From Camelus ferus (taxonomy: Eukaryota), in contig NC_045696.1 of NCBI RefSeq assembly GCF_009834535.1, positions 31,064,001-31,128,000 of the forward strand: a stretch of DNA of 64,000 nucleotides, read 5' to 3'. Each line of letters starts with the position of its first letter. Positions within the stretch are counted from its first letter, which is position 1. The position numbers and the translations under genes were made by a program. Positions 49,241 through 63,645 of this stretch are shown here, piece by piece. Below the pieces are notes generated by a model. That model worked only from the letters and a program-made list of their open reading frames with translations, ran no database searches and had not been told where the DNA came from.

Positions 49241-52200
49241 TGGCTCAGGAAATCAGAGCATGAAACTACCAATGATCACAGGAAATTTTATGTTTTTTTT
49301 TTTTTTTTTTTCTCTTCCCCTGAGGTATTGTGTTAAGGTGGGAGTGGAGATTTGAAGAACACAGTGGGGCTGGCCCTACCCCTCACAGAAGGACTTGACT
49401 GATCTGGTCATTTAGTAATAAAATATTAGCACAGGGCAGAATCTTCCAAGTGTCTAAAAATTTTGTGGCAATTGTGGATGCTTTCTTAAATGAAGAACAG
49501 TAGGTAGTTGACACACTTATTACATCTTCAACCCATAGCATTTTAGAGATGATTCAGAGCCCATTCAAAGTACCTACACACCCAAGCAAGCCAACAGCGG
49601 TTTGTGTGTAAGTGGCGCTCATTAAGAATTCATTTCAACTACAGAGAAAATAATCTAAGCACCATGGGTTTGAGAGAAAGAACAAAGAAAAAGAGCTCCT
49701 GGTAGCAGTACCCAGCCTCCAGTATATTGTTCTAAATAAATAAATTGTAGCCCCAGACATGTACACTACACTCACTCAAAAAATGTCTCAAAGGTGTCAA
49801 AATTCAACCTTCTTAGAAGCAGTGGAGCAAGCTAGTGGTGTTATTTGTATATGTCCTCCGAGGGATCATAGCTACAAGTTCCACTTTCCCTGAGAGTTTA
49901 AGTAAAAAGAACTTCCTCTATCTCATTTAAATTCCTATGACACTAAAGTGCCCCTTTAAGATTGGTGCCATTGTCACGACTTTGTCCATGTTTTACAAAT
50001 TTTTGAAAAATGTAGATAGTCTAAAGGGAAATGTGAGACCAAATGAGGCTATGTATATTATCATATGCACATATGCATAATTATTAACAGAACCAAGATG
50101 AATAATGGGCTTTCTTGTCTTATTTTTTCCTCACAGAGGAATGCAAAGACTAAATATGCAACTCTTGTTATTTGCAAATATTTTTTCTTAAATTGAAAGA
50201 ATTAATAATGTTTGGATTAATAAGGTGAAGATAATAGCATTCATGACCTTCCAGGCCTTACATAGATATTTTGCAAAATTTAATTACAATTCTGTATCTT
50301 AAGAAATTTATGAGAAACAAGAAAAATTTCATAATTCATAGATAACATTCAATACAGGTTTCAGAAACATAGATGATCACACATACCAATATTTACTTAG
50401 GGGATAGTGATCATTTTATTCTCCTTATAATCTAGAATGTTTAAAAATAATATACAATTTTCCAATTAACCTAAAAGTATTGACCAGTTTCCAGGTTTAA
50501 AATTGACATTCACTTGTGACTAATTTACTTTTGTTCCCAACATAAAATGAAGAGACAGGTAAACTCGGGTTTTAAATCTTCATATGCAGACAAGTTTCGC
50601 ACTTCAAGAGGATCTTTAATTAACATATTGCAGGTTTAGTATGAATTAAGTCAGAGGAGGCAGAACATGTTTTCCTAATTGACTTTCCCCAAAGTTTATT
50701 TCAATCATGATGTTTAAATTTCAATTACATTGTTTTATTTCCATATATGAATGTTCAATCTATGTAGATGAATATGAATGTGCAACAGTATTTTAGATAG
50801 CTTGAAAAAATATACTTCAAAGCATCTGATGTGCAACCAATTTGAATAATGTATGACTTTAGAGTGATTTTTCCCAGAAGAACTTAAAGTGAATACTGTT
50901 ATATTAAATATACTAAAATTATTTCAAATAATTAACAAAGAGAAATATTTTAATTGTTACTTTACTTCTTTTCAAAGATTGATTATCTTAAACAATGTGA
51001 TCAGCCATATCATATAACTGAAATTATCATATATGCTACCATATCGTTTTAAAAAAATACACTAGAACACAGATTGAAAGCAAATCACATTATACATAGT
51101 TTAAAACCCAGACAATATGTGAACTATTTTCCATCAATGATAAATACTGAGAAATTATTTGGAATGGGTTTTTGAGGTTTTTATTAGATGAAGAATATTT
51201 CCTTTGCTCCAAATTTTCTTGTAAAGTACGCAGCTATGTATTTGATTCTTTAATTTTTAATACAAATCTGAAGTCTCCCACGGTAAACTGATAATGAAGG
51301 TGTGGAAACGACTCGCTACTTGTTCAGCAATCCTTCATTTTTCCACAGGTTCATTTTTTCCTTTCCCTGGAGGAACACACCATTACATTTTCTAAATCCT
51401 TAACATGTAATGATCTTCCATTGTTAACCTGTTGCCAATTATCAACCCCACAGAAGCTATCTGTACATGTGGTTAGTGCACAGATTAATAGCATTGCCCA
51501 ACTGTTTTCCATTTCATCCACTGTTCAATCTAGATTCCAAAAACAGAAACAGCCTTGCATTGAATTACTCATAAATTGCTTATTAAGGTGCTAACATTAC
51601 GCTTTTACTGATTCTTGACATGCCAGGGGCCTCAGGAGCTATCAGCCATGGTGTTTTCTCATTATACTTGCTTTCCATTTTAGGTCTGCTGTGGAATAGC
51701 TTTCAGTGATACCTTTCTAATTGGTTTCAGCTCCTTAAAGATGGTTGGCTCCACAGCCTCCCCATCTGCTGCTCCTTGTTTTTATCCCTTCGTGTTTAGT
51801 TCCTGACCATTTAGTATTCATAAGGTAAAAGTTTCCTATTTTAAAATTGCCAAAGTAGTGCTTGCAACCACCTACAACTTTATCATTAAAATACAAAAAT
51901 ACTGTTCAACCAGCAGACATTGCTCGATTGTGCACTTGTGTTCAAATAACTTTACTTTTTAAAATACCAAAGGCATTTCACGGTTATAACTCAAATCTTA
52001 AATAAGCTATTTGATGTATAAACATTTTCTGAATGCCATGCTTCTTAAATATATTACCTACATGTATAATATAATAAAATTTTAATCATATTACAAGAAT
52101 TATTAGTTTGAATGGATAAACATCTTATTTTTCACATGCAACAACACCTTTGATGTTCATATATTAACTTTCTCAATCAATAAAATGTAGCCTTGTATTC

Positions 52201-54399
52201 AAAATAATTCCTTCATGATCATAAAGTAGAAATGATGACATATTTGCTGCTATTATCAGCATATTAATGAACCTGAAAATAAGTTTAGAGTAGATATTTT
52301 TATTAGTTTGTTCCAAATGTTGAAATAGTATTCTCCTGTTAAAATAGTATCAACACTTCTCAGGGGCTTGGAATCCTTAGTATGTTCTGACTGAACAACA
52401 AAAAATATATGTCTTGGAACATCAAAATCATTTTTCCAACAGCATAGCTGCCACCTTTTTAAACTTTTTACTGAATAAAACTCAACTGAAATGCATGTAA
52501 TCACGTTACCTAGCAGAATGGACTACATGAGTGATTGTGTCTCATCTTCTTTGATGTAGAAGTTAAAATTTCTGAAGTCACAACTAAAGGACTTTGCTTG
52601 TTTTATCTGGCAAACTTCTTTTATTCCTTAGTATATTTATTGTTGCATATGTTAGTACATGATTCTTACTGTGGTATAATCTTTGTTTCAGTGCATTAAT
52701 AGTTTATGGTCATCTCTCAGAAGTACAACTAAATGTTTCATTTATTTTGCTCACTTTATAATGTTGCAGTTAAAGTATTTTGCTTTAAGGATTTGCTTTA
52801 TTCAAGTATCCCTGCAATGCATTTGGAGAGATGTGAAGATGAATCAGGGAAAACACCTTCCCTAAGTTAGTCTACAATCAACTTGACATAGCATTCCATT
52901 GTATTTGTCAATACGTCTGCTTCATATCTTGCATTACTTCCTTCTGTGTCACTAGAATCATTTTCTGATGTCAAGTTTCTTCACACCAGGAATATTTTTC
53001 CATAATTTTTTGGATGTTTTCTGCAGAATTGGATGCGAGTGCCACTATTTTTTTCTGTATCTATAAAATCTCTGATTCTTCTATGCTATTTGGGGCTACT
53101 TATGGTCTCCACCATTACTATTTTTTCTTTAATCATTAGCTTGAAAAACATCAGAAGGCTTGTATTATGATGAACATTATCTTAAACTCTTTTTCTTTTT
53201 CTTTCTTTTTTGCAGGGGGCAGGGGGCTTAGTTAATACACAGTATCCTCTCCTGTCTTTTCATTCTTTTTTTTTAACCCATTAACAGTTTTGTTGATTCA
53301 CTTATTCATTCATTTACAAATCCAAAATGGGTTGAATTGTAGCAACATAAATTTAAAATAATAAAAATAGTGTGTATCACACATTTTCTTTGAAATTTTC
53401 ACTCTTATATAATGTCCCTGTAACTCTAAATAAGCCTTGGCTATCTATCTAAGATATGTCTTAGAATCATATATGGTCATATATTTCATAAGTTCTTCCA
53501 TCAATAAATCTTAGCAAATATGTCTTTGGTAAATCTTCTAGATCCCTCACCAACTCATATTTGACATCAACTATCTTGTTTCTTTTTTTTTTCAATTCAT
53601 ACCAAATCCTAACAAAACTGGCTAGGATTTTCTTTTTCAAATGCTGTATTATATATTCCCTCACTTCCCTTTGAGGAGACAGATTGATTTCCCCTCTGCC
53701 TATCAAATGCAAATTCTTCTTTCTCTTGGACTCAAGATAACCATTAGCTCTCCTCCATATACTCTAATGATAAATCAAATTATCTATGCTACACCAGTAC
53801 ACATTTCATTCACTCCAGTTATTTTCTTGCTTCCAAACTTACATTTAAGGAAACTTTAATCATATAGTTTGTAGAAACTGATATTCTTCTACATATAAAA
53901 CTATGGCAGGTTGTAAAATTGATGATTTAGTTCTTTTATTTTTGTCTGTTTTTTCTCTTCACTCTTCATGTTCCAGTGAGTGAGCAGCACCCACCATTTC
54001 TTTGAAGAGTAGTAAGATTTCATATCAGTAATGTAAAATAAATATTTAATCTTCTTTTCTGTTTGTTTGGTTTATTTGTGGTTTATTTTCTAAGTCTTCT
54101 CTGAAAACCCATAAGAAGGTGACCATGTGAGTGGATAGGTGCAGGGCAGAGGGGGAGGAGCTGGGAGATGCTACTTGAAGGCCACCTGCAGAGGGGAAAG
54201 GGTAGGTAAGGGTGAGGCATGCTCACCATCTACGGCTAGCATGAGGGAGTTGCCTGTGAGTGGAGCAACTCTGGTGGACCACCTAGCCACTGAAATAAAC
54301 AAGGCATTTATCTGGGCTGAGTAACAGATATTTAGGTCACTGATGGATTAGGGCTCATTAGAAGGAAGGTCATATTCTATTTGGGGGATTTTCTATCAG

Positions 54400-54560
54400 A
54401 ATGATCTCGGGAAAAGTGCCTTTTCCATGTTCTTAGTTTCCTCAACTGAAAAATGGAACAATAATGATAAGAATACTGTCAGAGTTATTGTGAGAAATAG
54501 TGTGATAATACATGTAAAGAGCTAAGATGAATTCTTGGTACACAGTCTTCAATCACTTAA
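54400..54560 (+). mobile_element. MIR
   Basis: 'cttagtttcctcaactgaaaaatggaacaataat..agagttattgtgagaaatag..ataatacatgtaaagagct'. Confidence 0.85.
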
Positions 54561-57420
54561 GACAATCTAAATGTGCTTGGATTAATAGCTTCTTCAGAGA
54601 AACACTTTTATCCACAATTATTTCTGTGTGATTTCTGGTTCCTCTGTTTTTTCTCAAATGGCCATCAAATAGAAGCACTGTGAAAAATAGTAGCTCTGTG
54701 TTTTTTTCCTATTTATTTACCACTTTAAATCTCATAAGCCTCACCTTTGACTCCAGAATCCAGCTACTTTTCTTTTGGTGGTGATTTGACAGTAACTTGA
54801 TGCAAGCCCATGCTTTCTTTTCTTATTTCACAGAGTAGAGAAGACCATAGGAATCTGGCCAATGCTCTCATATGCACAACCTCTAAGAACCTGGATGCTA
54901 CGGGAGGATGGGAGATAACTTTTGGTTGCAAGGGAATGAAAACCAATTCTTCTCGCTTTCCCTCCTCAGATATGCACCTCTGAAAAATATTTCAGAAGAG
55001 TCCCCAGAAGTTGTTGTAAAATCTAGCACTAATCAACCTACCCTGTTGTTGGATTTCCCATCTTCTCTATTTTACTACCCACCGCCCCCAACACCCACAC
55101 CTCTCTCCTCCTCCCTACTGCTCTCTGAAAATGACCTCCACATGAACTCTCTATATGCAAGCTGGCCTTAGGCATGAGAGAATCTGAGGTATGACAAGCT
55201 GCTAAACTCCTGCCTAGGTAGGTGAAATAATGGATCATGCAGAATCTAATATTAATGTGTACCTTACTCTTGCTCAAAACACCCTTTCTAATGATGTGTT
55301 TGAACTGTTTCAGACAGTAATGTTTTGTTCTCAGCAAAGTTTTGAAATTCTTAAATTTGGGGATTTTATTTTCAGTGAGCACTGGTAATATTTCAGAACA
55401 GTATATATAGTGAGCTGAAAATGACTTTCTACAAACACATTCTTAGAACTAGGAAACCACCTCAAAATGATTGCAATCCCCTGAGAGCCAAGACCAGGCC
55501 ACAGCTGCATGACCTTGACAGTATCTCCAGATGTACCTCTGATCCCTGCCAGTAGTCAACTGAGAAAGGAGGCCAACAGAGGTGACACCAAGGAGTTAGC
55601 CACAGGCCCTGAGGCTTTCAATAGAACGTACATTCAGACTTTGGCATCTGGTTCCTACTTTTGCCAAATGTGCCTTGTTTGTATCCACAGCTGTTAAATG
55701 TGTTTGTTGAAAAGGGACAGACCAGGGAAAAGAAAGAGATTGGCCAGAGATACACCAGCTTCTCTGGGAGGCCGTGTCAGGCCAGCGTGCAATTTACTCA
55801 CAGATAATGATTTGCTTTAGAAATCTGGTGTCATTTATAAGAATAATTGTGGTATGTGGAGATGCAGGAACCTTGTGTTATAGCAGTGTTCTTTATCTTT
55901 CATTGTAAATTAGGAATTTTTACTGGACTGGGCTAATTAACACCTGAAGAGCAAATATGTCTTCATTTACTTCAAATAATATAAACTGACTGTCTAGATT
56001 GAATTATTAAAAGAGGCAATTTATATAATTCTCTAATCACACATAATTTCAGGCTTTTCCCAAAACATTAACAAATAAAAGTGCCTTTCTGGTGATACTC
56101 TATTAACTGTATGAAATTGTTAGCTATTGGAAGATGGCTGACTAATATATGTATTATTCAAACCTTTAGAAGTGTGCGTGTTAATTTCTACTCCATGCTT
56201 TATTTCTATTGCAAAAATGTGTTTTAAAATATTTTGAAAGTTGAAGGTCAATGCAAGTATGTATTAGAATAATTGACATGATGCAAATTCATTAAATTCA
56301 CAGTTCTTTTCTCTTATTAAATTAATTTAGAAAAATAGCAGAATTTGTCATGAAAAGATGGAGTATGTAAGTTTCACAGTGAACTCACACAAGTGGTATT
56401 ACTATTATTTCTTTTTTACTTTCAAAAAAATTCACTGATGCCTCATATCAAAGGGCAGCATAAAATTAACCACAGTTGGAGAGTTTGCATAGTGTGTATA
56501 GTGCAAGACAAATTGTAAAGTATAGTTTATCTACTGGGAAGTCAATCTTTGCTTGTCATTTCGGACTAATGACCATTGACTAAATTTCAAAAGCACCTCT
56601 TCTAACTCTGAGGCCCTCCATTAATTTACATTGCACATATCATATACTTTAAAGTTTTATAATGTCCTGGCTCCAGTACCCAAGTCCCTTTAGAATATCC
56701 TGCTGAACCCTGGAAATAACAAGAGTGGATAAATAAATTTTTGAATCACCATCTTTTTTTTTAATGCCTTGATCATTGGAGGTTAAAACATTAGGAAGAT
56801 TTTTGCAGTTGGAAGAAAAGAATCTTGGAGATTCAAACCAGTTTTCCATCTTAGAAAATTGGCCTAGAAATTGTAACTGTTTTCAGAATCAGTCTTCCTT
56901 CCTAAACTTTATGACCTTCTTATTCCAAAAGTGGTTTCAAAAGGAGATATGGGAAAAGAGATTCACTTTGCTCGTGATAAAGGGAGAGTCCTGCTGCTCT
57001 TGTGATAAAAGAAAAAAATACTTTTCATATCTTTTCTCTTCCTTTGTGATTAAAGTATCTCTTATGATCATAGAAAAGTTTCTCCTACTCTTGTGACAAT
57101 AAAAACGAATGACAAGATCCCTGATCATAAAAAGAGAAATTTTCTTCACCTATGTCCATTTTAAGAAGTAACACATAGGTCAAAAGTCTGAACCAATATT
57201 CTGTTTCAGTATATTCTAAAAAGATTGGTTAATTCCATGGATAAGCTTATTTGGGGGTAACAGGGCTGATATTGACCCTCCTGTATAATTTTTTTAAAAA
57301 TTACCCAAGATTGGATTTGATGTTTCTATTAGCTATTGTTGAGATCAATGTGCTGCCAGGCCCAGCCAGCAGACCATGCTCATTGCCTCCTTTGGCCAAT
57401 TAGCTCTTTTTTTGGTGCAT

Positions 57421-57421
<1 letters not shown>

Positions 57422-57477
<56 letters not shown>
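57422..57477. repeat. (GT)28 microsatellite
   Basis: Perfect run, directly visible. Confidence 0.98.
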
Positions 57478-57483
<6 letters not shown>

Positions 57484-57684
57484 TTTGCCTACCTATATTG
57501 TTGTCAGTGTAGTATCTTAATTATTCTTACTGATTTTATTTATGGTGATCTTTAAGAGCAGTTTGTGAGGCAGAACGATGGCATGTAATGATACCCAGAC
57601 TCACACAGATACAAAATACACAAAAAATATGTAAAAACCAGAAGGGCAAAAGTGGCCGAGTTTAAAAATAAAATTTAAATTTTC

Positions 57685-58060
57685 AGCGGAATGCATTCCT
57701 TCTCAGTTAACAAAACTCAAACTTGTTTAAACAATGTAAAGTTTTACTGGTCATGTAACTGAAAAATGGACATACTGGCTTCAGGGCTTCAGTTTCCACT
57801 TTGAGAGGGTCTCTGACTCGCTTACATTGGCATAAGCTGTGTCCCAGGTTCTTTCATGACTGGCAATATGCTGTCACCTGTTACAAGCTACATGCTTCCT
57901 CCTTCATACCTAAGAGAAAACAAATAATCATTTTCTACAAGTCAGAACGAAATCCTGAGCCTTGATTTTATTGGATCAACCAAAATCAATCACTGATGCC
58001 AGTGTAATATCAGAAAACGATTGGTTTAATTAATTGGCTTAACCTGGATTATAGCTCACT
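57685..58060 (-). mobile_element. Old MLT1 (K/L-like) LTR
   Basis: 'actcaaacttgtttaaacaat..tttactggtcatgtaactgaaaa', 'gattttattggatcaac..aatcactgatgccag'. Confidence 0.65.
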
Positions 58061-58547
58061 GGAGACATAGCCATCATTGTAATGGAAGTTTGATTATAAT
58101 GTTTGGCCCAACTAATATGCCAAATAGTATCATTGCAACAGAATGATTGATTTTCTAAAGTTTGGTTAATGTTAAGAAGGGAGATGTCTATTGGGTAAGC
58201 AATGATTTTCTCTTCTTGACATTTACAAAATCAAAAGCAAAAGGGGTTTTAGTTGATGTTTAGAAACACACTAAATGTGAGTTTTCAGACTTAATTTCTT
58301 CATGTCTATAAAATAGTTACCATAATTTTTATTCAGTTTACTTCAAGATATAATGTATTTTACATGTATATTTCTAAAATTATGGAAGTTTTAATTATTA
58401 TAATTTATATTTTTTAAATATGTAGGTAAAGGCAATCAATTCATTGTTTGACCTTGGATAAAAAAATACAGAATAAAATGTCTGTTTAGATAATAGCACT
58501 AAACTTCTAATTGCTTTTCTCATTATTCTCCTTCCAAGAGAAATAGA

Positions 58548-58720
58548 ATGTATATATAAATATACATATATATACAATTTTGTATATATATACATTATAT
58601 GTATGTGTATATCATGCACACATATACACACAAAATATATGTATTGTGTAGGTATGCATATATATGTATATATGCATATACTTATTAATAGATATGTGTG
58701 TATATATATAATATATATGC
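58548..58720. repeat. Degenerate (TA)/(CA)/(TG) simple repeat
   Basis: Directly visible. Confidence 0.85.
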
Positions 58721-61514
58721 AAGTGACCGGGAATACACACCAATGAATTCATTTAATTTTTAGTCATTTTTCAGTAAGTGTCAGTCTCTATTTTGCAGAG
58801 AAAATATATATACTTGAGGGATTATGACTTTTAGAAATATTAAATGTTCTAACTGGAACCCCTACCGCTGTTTGCTATGCAGTGCTGGTTGTAAGGACCA
58901 TAAATCCAGGCATGTAATATTGAGGACAGGGTTGGAGCTGTCTGATTTGAAGCATATAAAGTCTTAACTGCCACAGATAATGTCAACCCAAATTATTATT
59001 TCCATTTCAACACAGATTATAGGACAGGAAGACATAAATGGAAATTAAAAAAATAAATTCAGCACATATTTCAGAAAGTACCTTTTCATGTAGAGAATAA
59101 TAAATGCTTAGAAGAGCCTGCAGGCAAAGTTGTTGAGGCAAAAAGCAGGAATGTCATTCAAGAAACAATTAGATGCTATCCTTGGGGAAATGGGAGTACT
59201 AAAAAGGATATGCCTTGATGGACCAAATGACCTTTATTCTCTCTCCAAAAATCTCTCATGTTCTTATAATTCTAATCGAGAAATATTTCAGCAATTTGGC
59301 CTCCAGCAATGTCAACTCTTACTTGAATTATTCACCTCACCAGTTCACTGCTGAGGAAGAACTTTTCTCATAGTGCTACAAACATTGCATATTGACCAGA
59401 TGTAATCCCCAAACTGTTGTTTGCAGGCATTTTATTCGCAAAGATGCCTTAGGTCTGATACTATAAAGTGCTTGATTACAGAAGGCTGTTTTAAATCCAA
59501 AGAGATTCCAAACTGGTTCAAACTGGAGAACAGAGGTTCAATTAACTTCCTTGTTATAGAAGGCATGAGGATTATTTAAAATATGTTCTCGGCAAAAGTT
59601 ATTTCAACATACAGTTGGTACTTGAAGAATATAGCATGTATAAATCTGTTTACTTCTTAATTATTTTGGATATGTTAACAAACTCTCTAACTATAGAATT
59701 TATTTCAGTAGAATATTATGGAAGTAAACATAAGAAAATAGGATCTTAAAGAGATTAATTACAGGTGATCTAAAAACACATGCACTCAATAACAGCACAC
59801 TTCAGAAAGCTAGCAATTGATGAAGAAATGTAATATGCAGAATTTACTTGGTGCATTCGAGTAAAGTTGGAGAAATCTGTCATCTACCGACCTCTGATTT
59901 TTGATAGATTTAACTGAACACAGAATTCTTAAGAACCCAGGGACATTGTGAAAAACTACATTTCACCTATTAGGTTCTTAAAGTGACATTCAGTGAAAGA
60001 AAAAGAACATGTTTCTATCCATCATCTAAACGGACTCCTGAAGTTTGCTCTGTGTATCACAAATTGGAACTCAGTGGTGAACTGAGTGTCAATAGCGTAT
60101 TTTCAAAGGCTAAGGGAAGGTCACATAAATTGGACAGTTCAAAGCAGAAAAAACTAGAGGCCTGAAAAATGCCAATATATTTAGGTGTTTTTAAAACAGA
60201 TATTTTACGAATTTTTGCCAAAGATGAAAATGTTTGAAAAATTTATATGTTCATTATAGTTTAAATTATTTTTATAATGGATGAAATCTGCTAATAATGT
60301 GTGAAAGATGCTTTTATAAAGTACTGTAATGAAGTATTATATTAATAAAGTAAATGATAAAAATTTACAAATCAGTCTGTGCTTAAGAAATAATAGGGGA
60401 AAATATACTAAATAATATGCTCTGTGGATCAGATCTTATAACCTCTTAAATTACACAACCATAGTTAAAACAAAAGTTCAAACTGAACTTTCAATTGATA
60501 GAAAGATGATGTCCCATTTAGAAAATAAATTTTTAAAACAGTGTTGAAAGTATAGAGAATAATGTTATGACATAGATTATGAACAAGATGCAAACACTAA
60601 ATCAAAGAACTCTCAAACCATGCATAATCGAACGAGAACTTCTGCAACAAAAGTAGCAAACAGTTAATTACTACTCTGTTGCTCATATTACTTATATCAA
60701 TTAGGCTAGTATTTTATTAGTTATGAGATTTTAAGAAATCTCATATATATTAAGTATTTATAACAATTAATTACTCCTATAGTCTCTAAAAGAGCCTACT
60801 ACTAATTTACTTTAGTTAAAAATGCATTCCGTCATTTTCTGATAGTCTTTTTGATATTTGAACATAGAAGTTATTCAGAGGTCTTTCTTGCGAACAATGT
60901 ATATGCTCATTCTAAATAATTAATCCACTCTTTATTCAACAATATTCAATGATGATAGTGTAGTGAGACTAATTTTGTACTACTCTTGTGTAAAAATGAG
61001 TATCCATAATTGCCTAGACTGATACTTTCTGCTTAGCACAGAATATGGTTTGTTGTCACAGCTAATTTACCTGATAAAATTCTAGCCCAATCAATAACCA
61101 GCTTTTCATTTTGTTTTTGTTCTTATTTATACTACTCACCTGATTAACTTTTCTAGTTGTTGGATTTAGGCTGAAAGCATTGAAATGTCTAAGTTAACAT
61201 TAAATAAAACTATTTTAATAAATTAAATTTTGATTTAATTCTATCTTCCTCTAATGGATAAACACAAAATACAAATTTGAGGATGATGGAGAAGCATTAC
61301 TTTATTCTATTGTATGAATAAAATAGGGGTGATATTAGATCAAGAATTCTGAAATTTGAAGATTAAAAAAAATTTCTAAGACATTTTTCTTCCCTGCCAA
61401 GTCATGCAAGTTGACGAGTGAAAATTTTAGGCTAGGTAATTTATTCTAGAAATAACAAAAATACTTGACATTTTTGAAAAGTGAATTGTATGTTCTATTT
61501 CTATTAAAGGAGTC

Positions 61515-61750
61515 CTAGGTAAGTTGGACTAACACTCCTCCTAAGAATTAGAAAAACTTGGCAAACTATTTTTTTAATGGTGTCAGAGAAATTACAAAGC
61601 AGGGGAGAATGAGAGAGTACCTGAGAGAAAAGAAAGGAAAGAAGAGTGCCCAGAATTTGAGATCATTCATTCCCTAGAACACTTCAACTTAAAATGTGGC
61701 CCTTGGAACATTTGGTCCTTGAACTGCTTATTCTAGTCAGTGACAAAGTA
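61515..61750 (+). mobile_element. Possible ancient L1 5' region remnant
   Basis: 'ggactaacactcctcctaagaattagaaaaacttggcaaa' resembles old L1M 5' ends. Confidence 0.4.
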
Positions 61751-61824
61751 GGGAGTCACTTTGTGAAAAAAAGAATATCTTTACATTTATTTTCAGTCTT
61801 TACACAAATGTAAATTAATACCAT

Positions 61825-62222
61825 AATGAGGAGCCCTCATACATTGCCGGTAGGAATGTAAATTGGTTATACAGATTTTGTAAATTCTTTTATGGTATCT
61901 TGTAGAACTGAATTTAGGCAAACTTTTGATGCTACAGCTCCACTCCTTGATATACGTCCATCTGAAATAAGTGAACATTTACTCTAAGAGACTTATACAA
62001 CAACGTAACAGCATTATTTATAATATTGTAATCCTGGAACCCAAATTCTCATCAACAGTAGAATGTGGTGGTTTATACACATATGGAATACCTTACAGCA
62101 ATATAAAATAACAAATTAACATATTTCAATAACATGAATGAGTCTCAGAGAATGTTAAATTAATCTAAAAAATCAGACTTAAATGATGTCTATTGTATAT
62201 TCCATTTATATAAAGTAGAATC
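61825..62222 (+). mobile_element. Ancient L1ME-like ORF2-end/3' UTR fragment
   Basis: 'ccctcatacattgccggtaggaatgtaaattgg', 'cagctccactccttgatata', 'catcaacagtagaatg', 'aacatgaatgagtctcaga', 'ttccatttatataaagt'. Confidence 0.88.
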
Positions 62223-62899
62223 CAATGGGGGATTCCCAAGAAAAGAGAAGAGATATTAATAACATAATAAAAATCATTACTTGGGAGAAGAAAAGTAGTT
62301 TAAAAAGAATCAAGAAGGGAAAAAGAAGGCATATTATGATTTAAATACTACTTGTGGAAGAACCATACTTACTAACAAAAACAACAGTTGAATGCAAATT
62401 TTCATTTGTTGCATGATATATTAAAACATATGTTGTGATTAACTCCATAAGGTTTCAATGATATTTTGTAATATGCTTTACCTTACAGAGTCTTGGAAAT
62501 ATATACTAGTATCTACTTTATTTCCCAGAATATCTTAAAGCAGAATTTTCCACTAATCCTAAATTTGCCCACGAGGTTGGATTGATTGCTCTGCTTTTCC
62601 TTAATCTTCTTCTCATACTTGGTTTTACTGAGGGAGAGCAAACTACTGAGAACATGTTCAGCCTCAAGAAAGTTTATGTGTCTATGTGAATTAAAAGCCC
62701 TAACTCTATGATTTAATTCTAATAATTGCAATCTAGGATATTTGAATATAGAATTTAAACCATCAAACTGTGACTAAAATAATCAATAGAAACAAAATTG
62801 AAAACCTTAAAATAACATTAAAGAAAGTTAATGCCACTACTAAAATTTCAATAAAATCTTTTTTTAAAATTGTATTATATATATGTGTATATGTATTCA

Positions 62900-63180
62900 A
62901 AAGTTTATATAGATGACACTGGTTGAAATTCAGGCTTTGTAATATCTGTAAAATAAATGCATCCATTCTAATTTGTCTTTCCATGATCCTATACCTTAGC
63001 CATCTGTTCAATAATGAAGTGTTCCTTGTATTTTAAATGTTAAATTGTTTTGTTTAGATTGACAGTTAATATATTAATACTTTTACCCATTTTGCATTTA
63101 CATGAATAATAAGATTCCTAGTATTTTATTCTCAGGTTATCAATAGTGACTAGTTTAATTAAGATATTTAATGGTAAGTT
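62900..63180 (-). mobile_element. Ancient L1 ORF2 fragment
   Basis: Weak antisense ORF2 motifs such as 'ttttgcatttacatgaataataagatt'. Confidence 0.35.
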
Positions 63181-63424
63181 ATTATTTATTAACATTGATG
63201 TTTCAATATTAATTAATGTGATATCAATTAATAGTTTAATAATATTAAACAGTATACCTTAATAGTTTGATCAAGTAATTTTAATAGTAATAAGTTTAGT
63301 TACATGATTAGCAATATTCTTGTAAGATAATAATTGTTAAATATGAATATTAAATTCAATACTTTTAATGAGCACATTGAATCTCAGTGAAGTGAAATTT
63401 TCTTATATTTGTGACTTCCTTACA

Positions 63425-63645
63425 TTTTCAACATACTTTACAATATAGAAAAATTTTTCTGCACTCATATTTATGGTCCTCACAACAATCCTATAAAATA
63501 GGCATAGTGACAATTATCTCCATTTTATGGGTGATAAACTAGACTCTGGAATTTTAATAGCTCCCTAAATCTCACATATCTTGTATATTGTGATGTTAGA
63601 ATTACTTGCCAGTCCACTATTATTTCCAACATGCCACATTTCCTT
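63425..63645 (-). mobile_element. MIR
   Basis: 'tcctcacaacaatcctataaaatagg..ttatctccattttatgggtgataaact'. Confidence 0.85.

Noticed and set aside
56649..57149. Cluster of 66-106 aa ORFs on both strands
   Set aside because: No recognisable domain and no convincing splice pair.
60722..60745. Perfect 10-bp inverted repeat tatgagattt-taag-aaatctcata
   Set aside because: About one such repeat is plausible by chance in 64 kb of AT-rich DNA.
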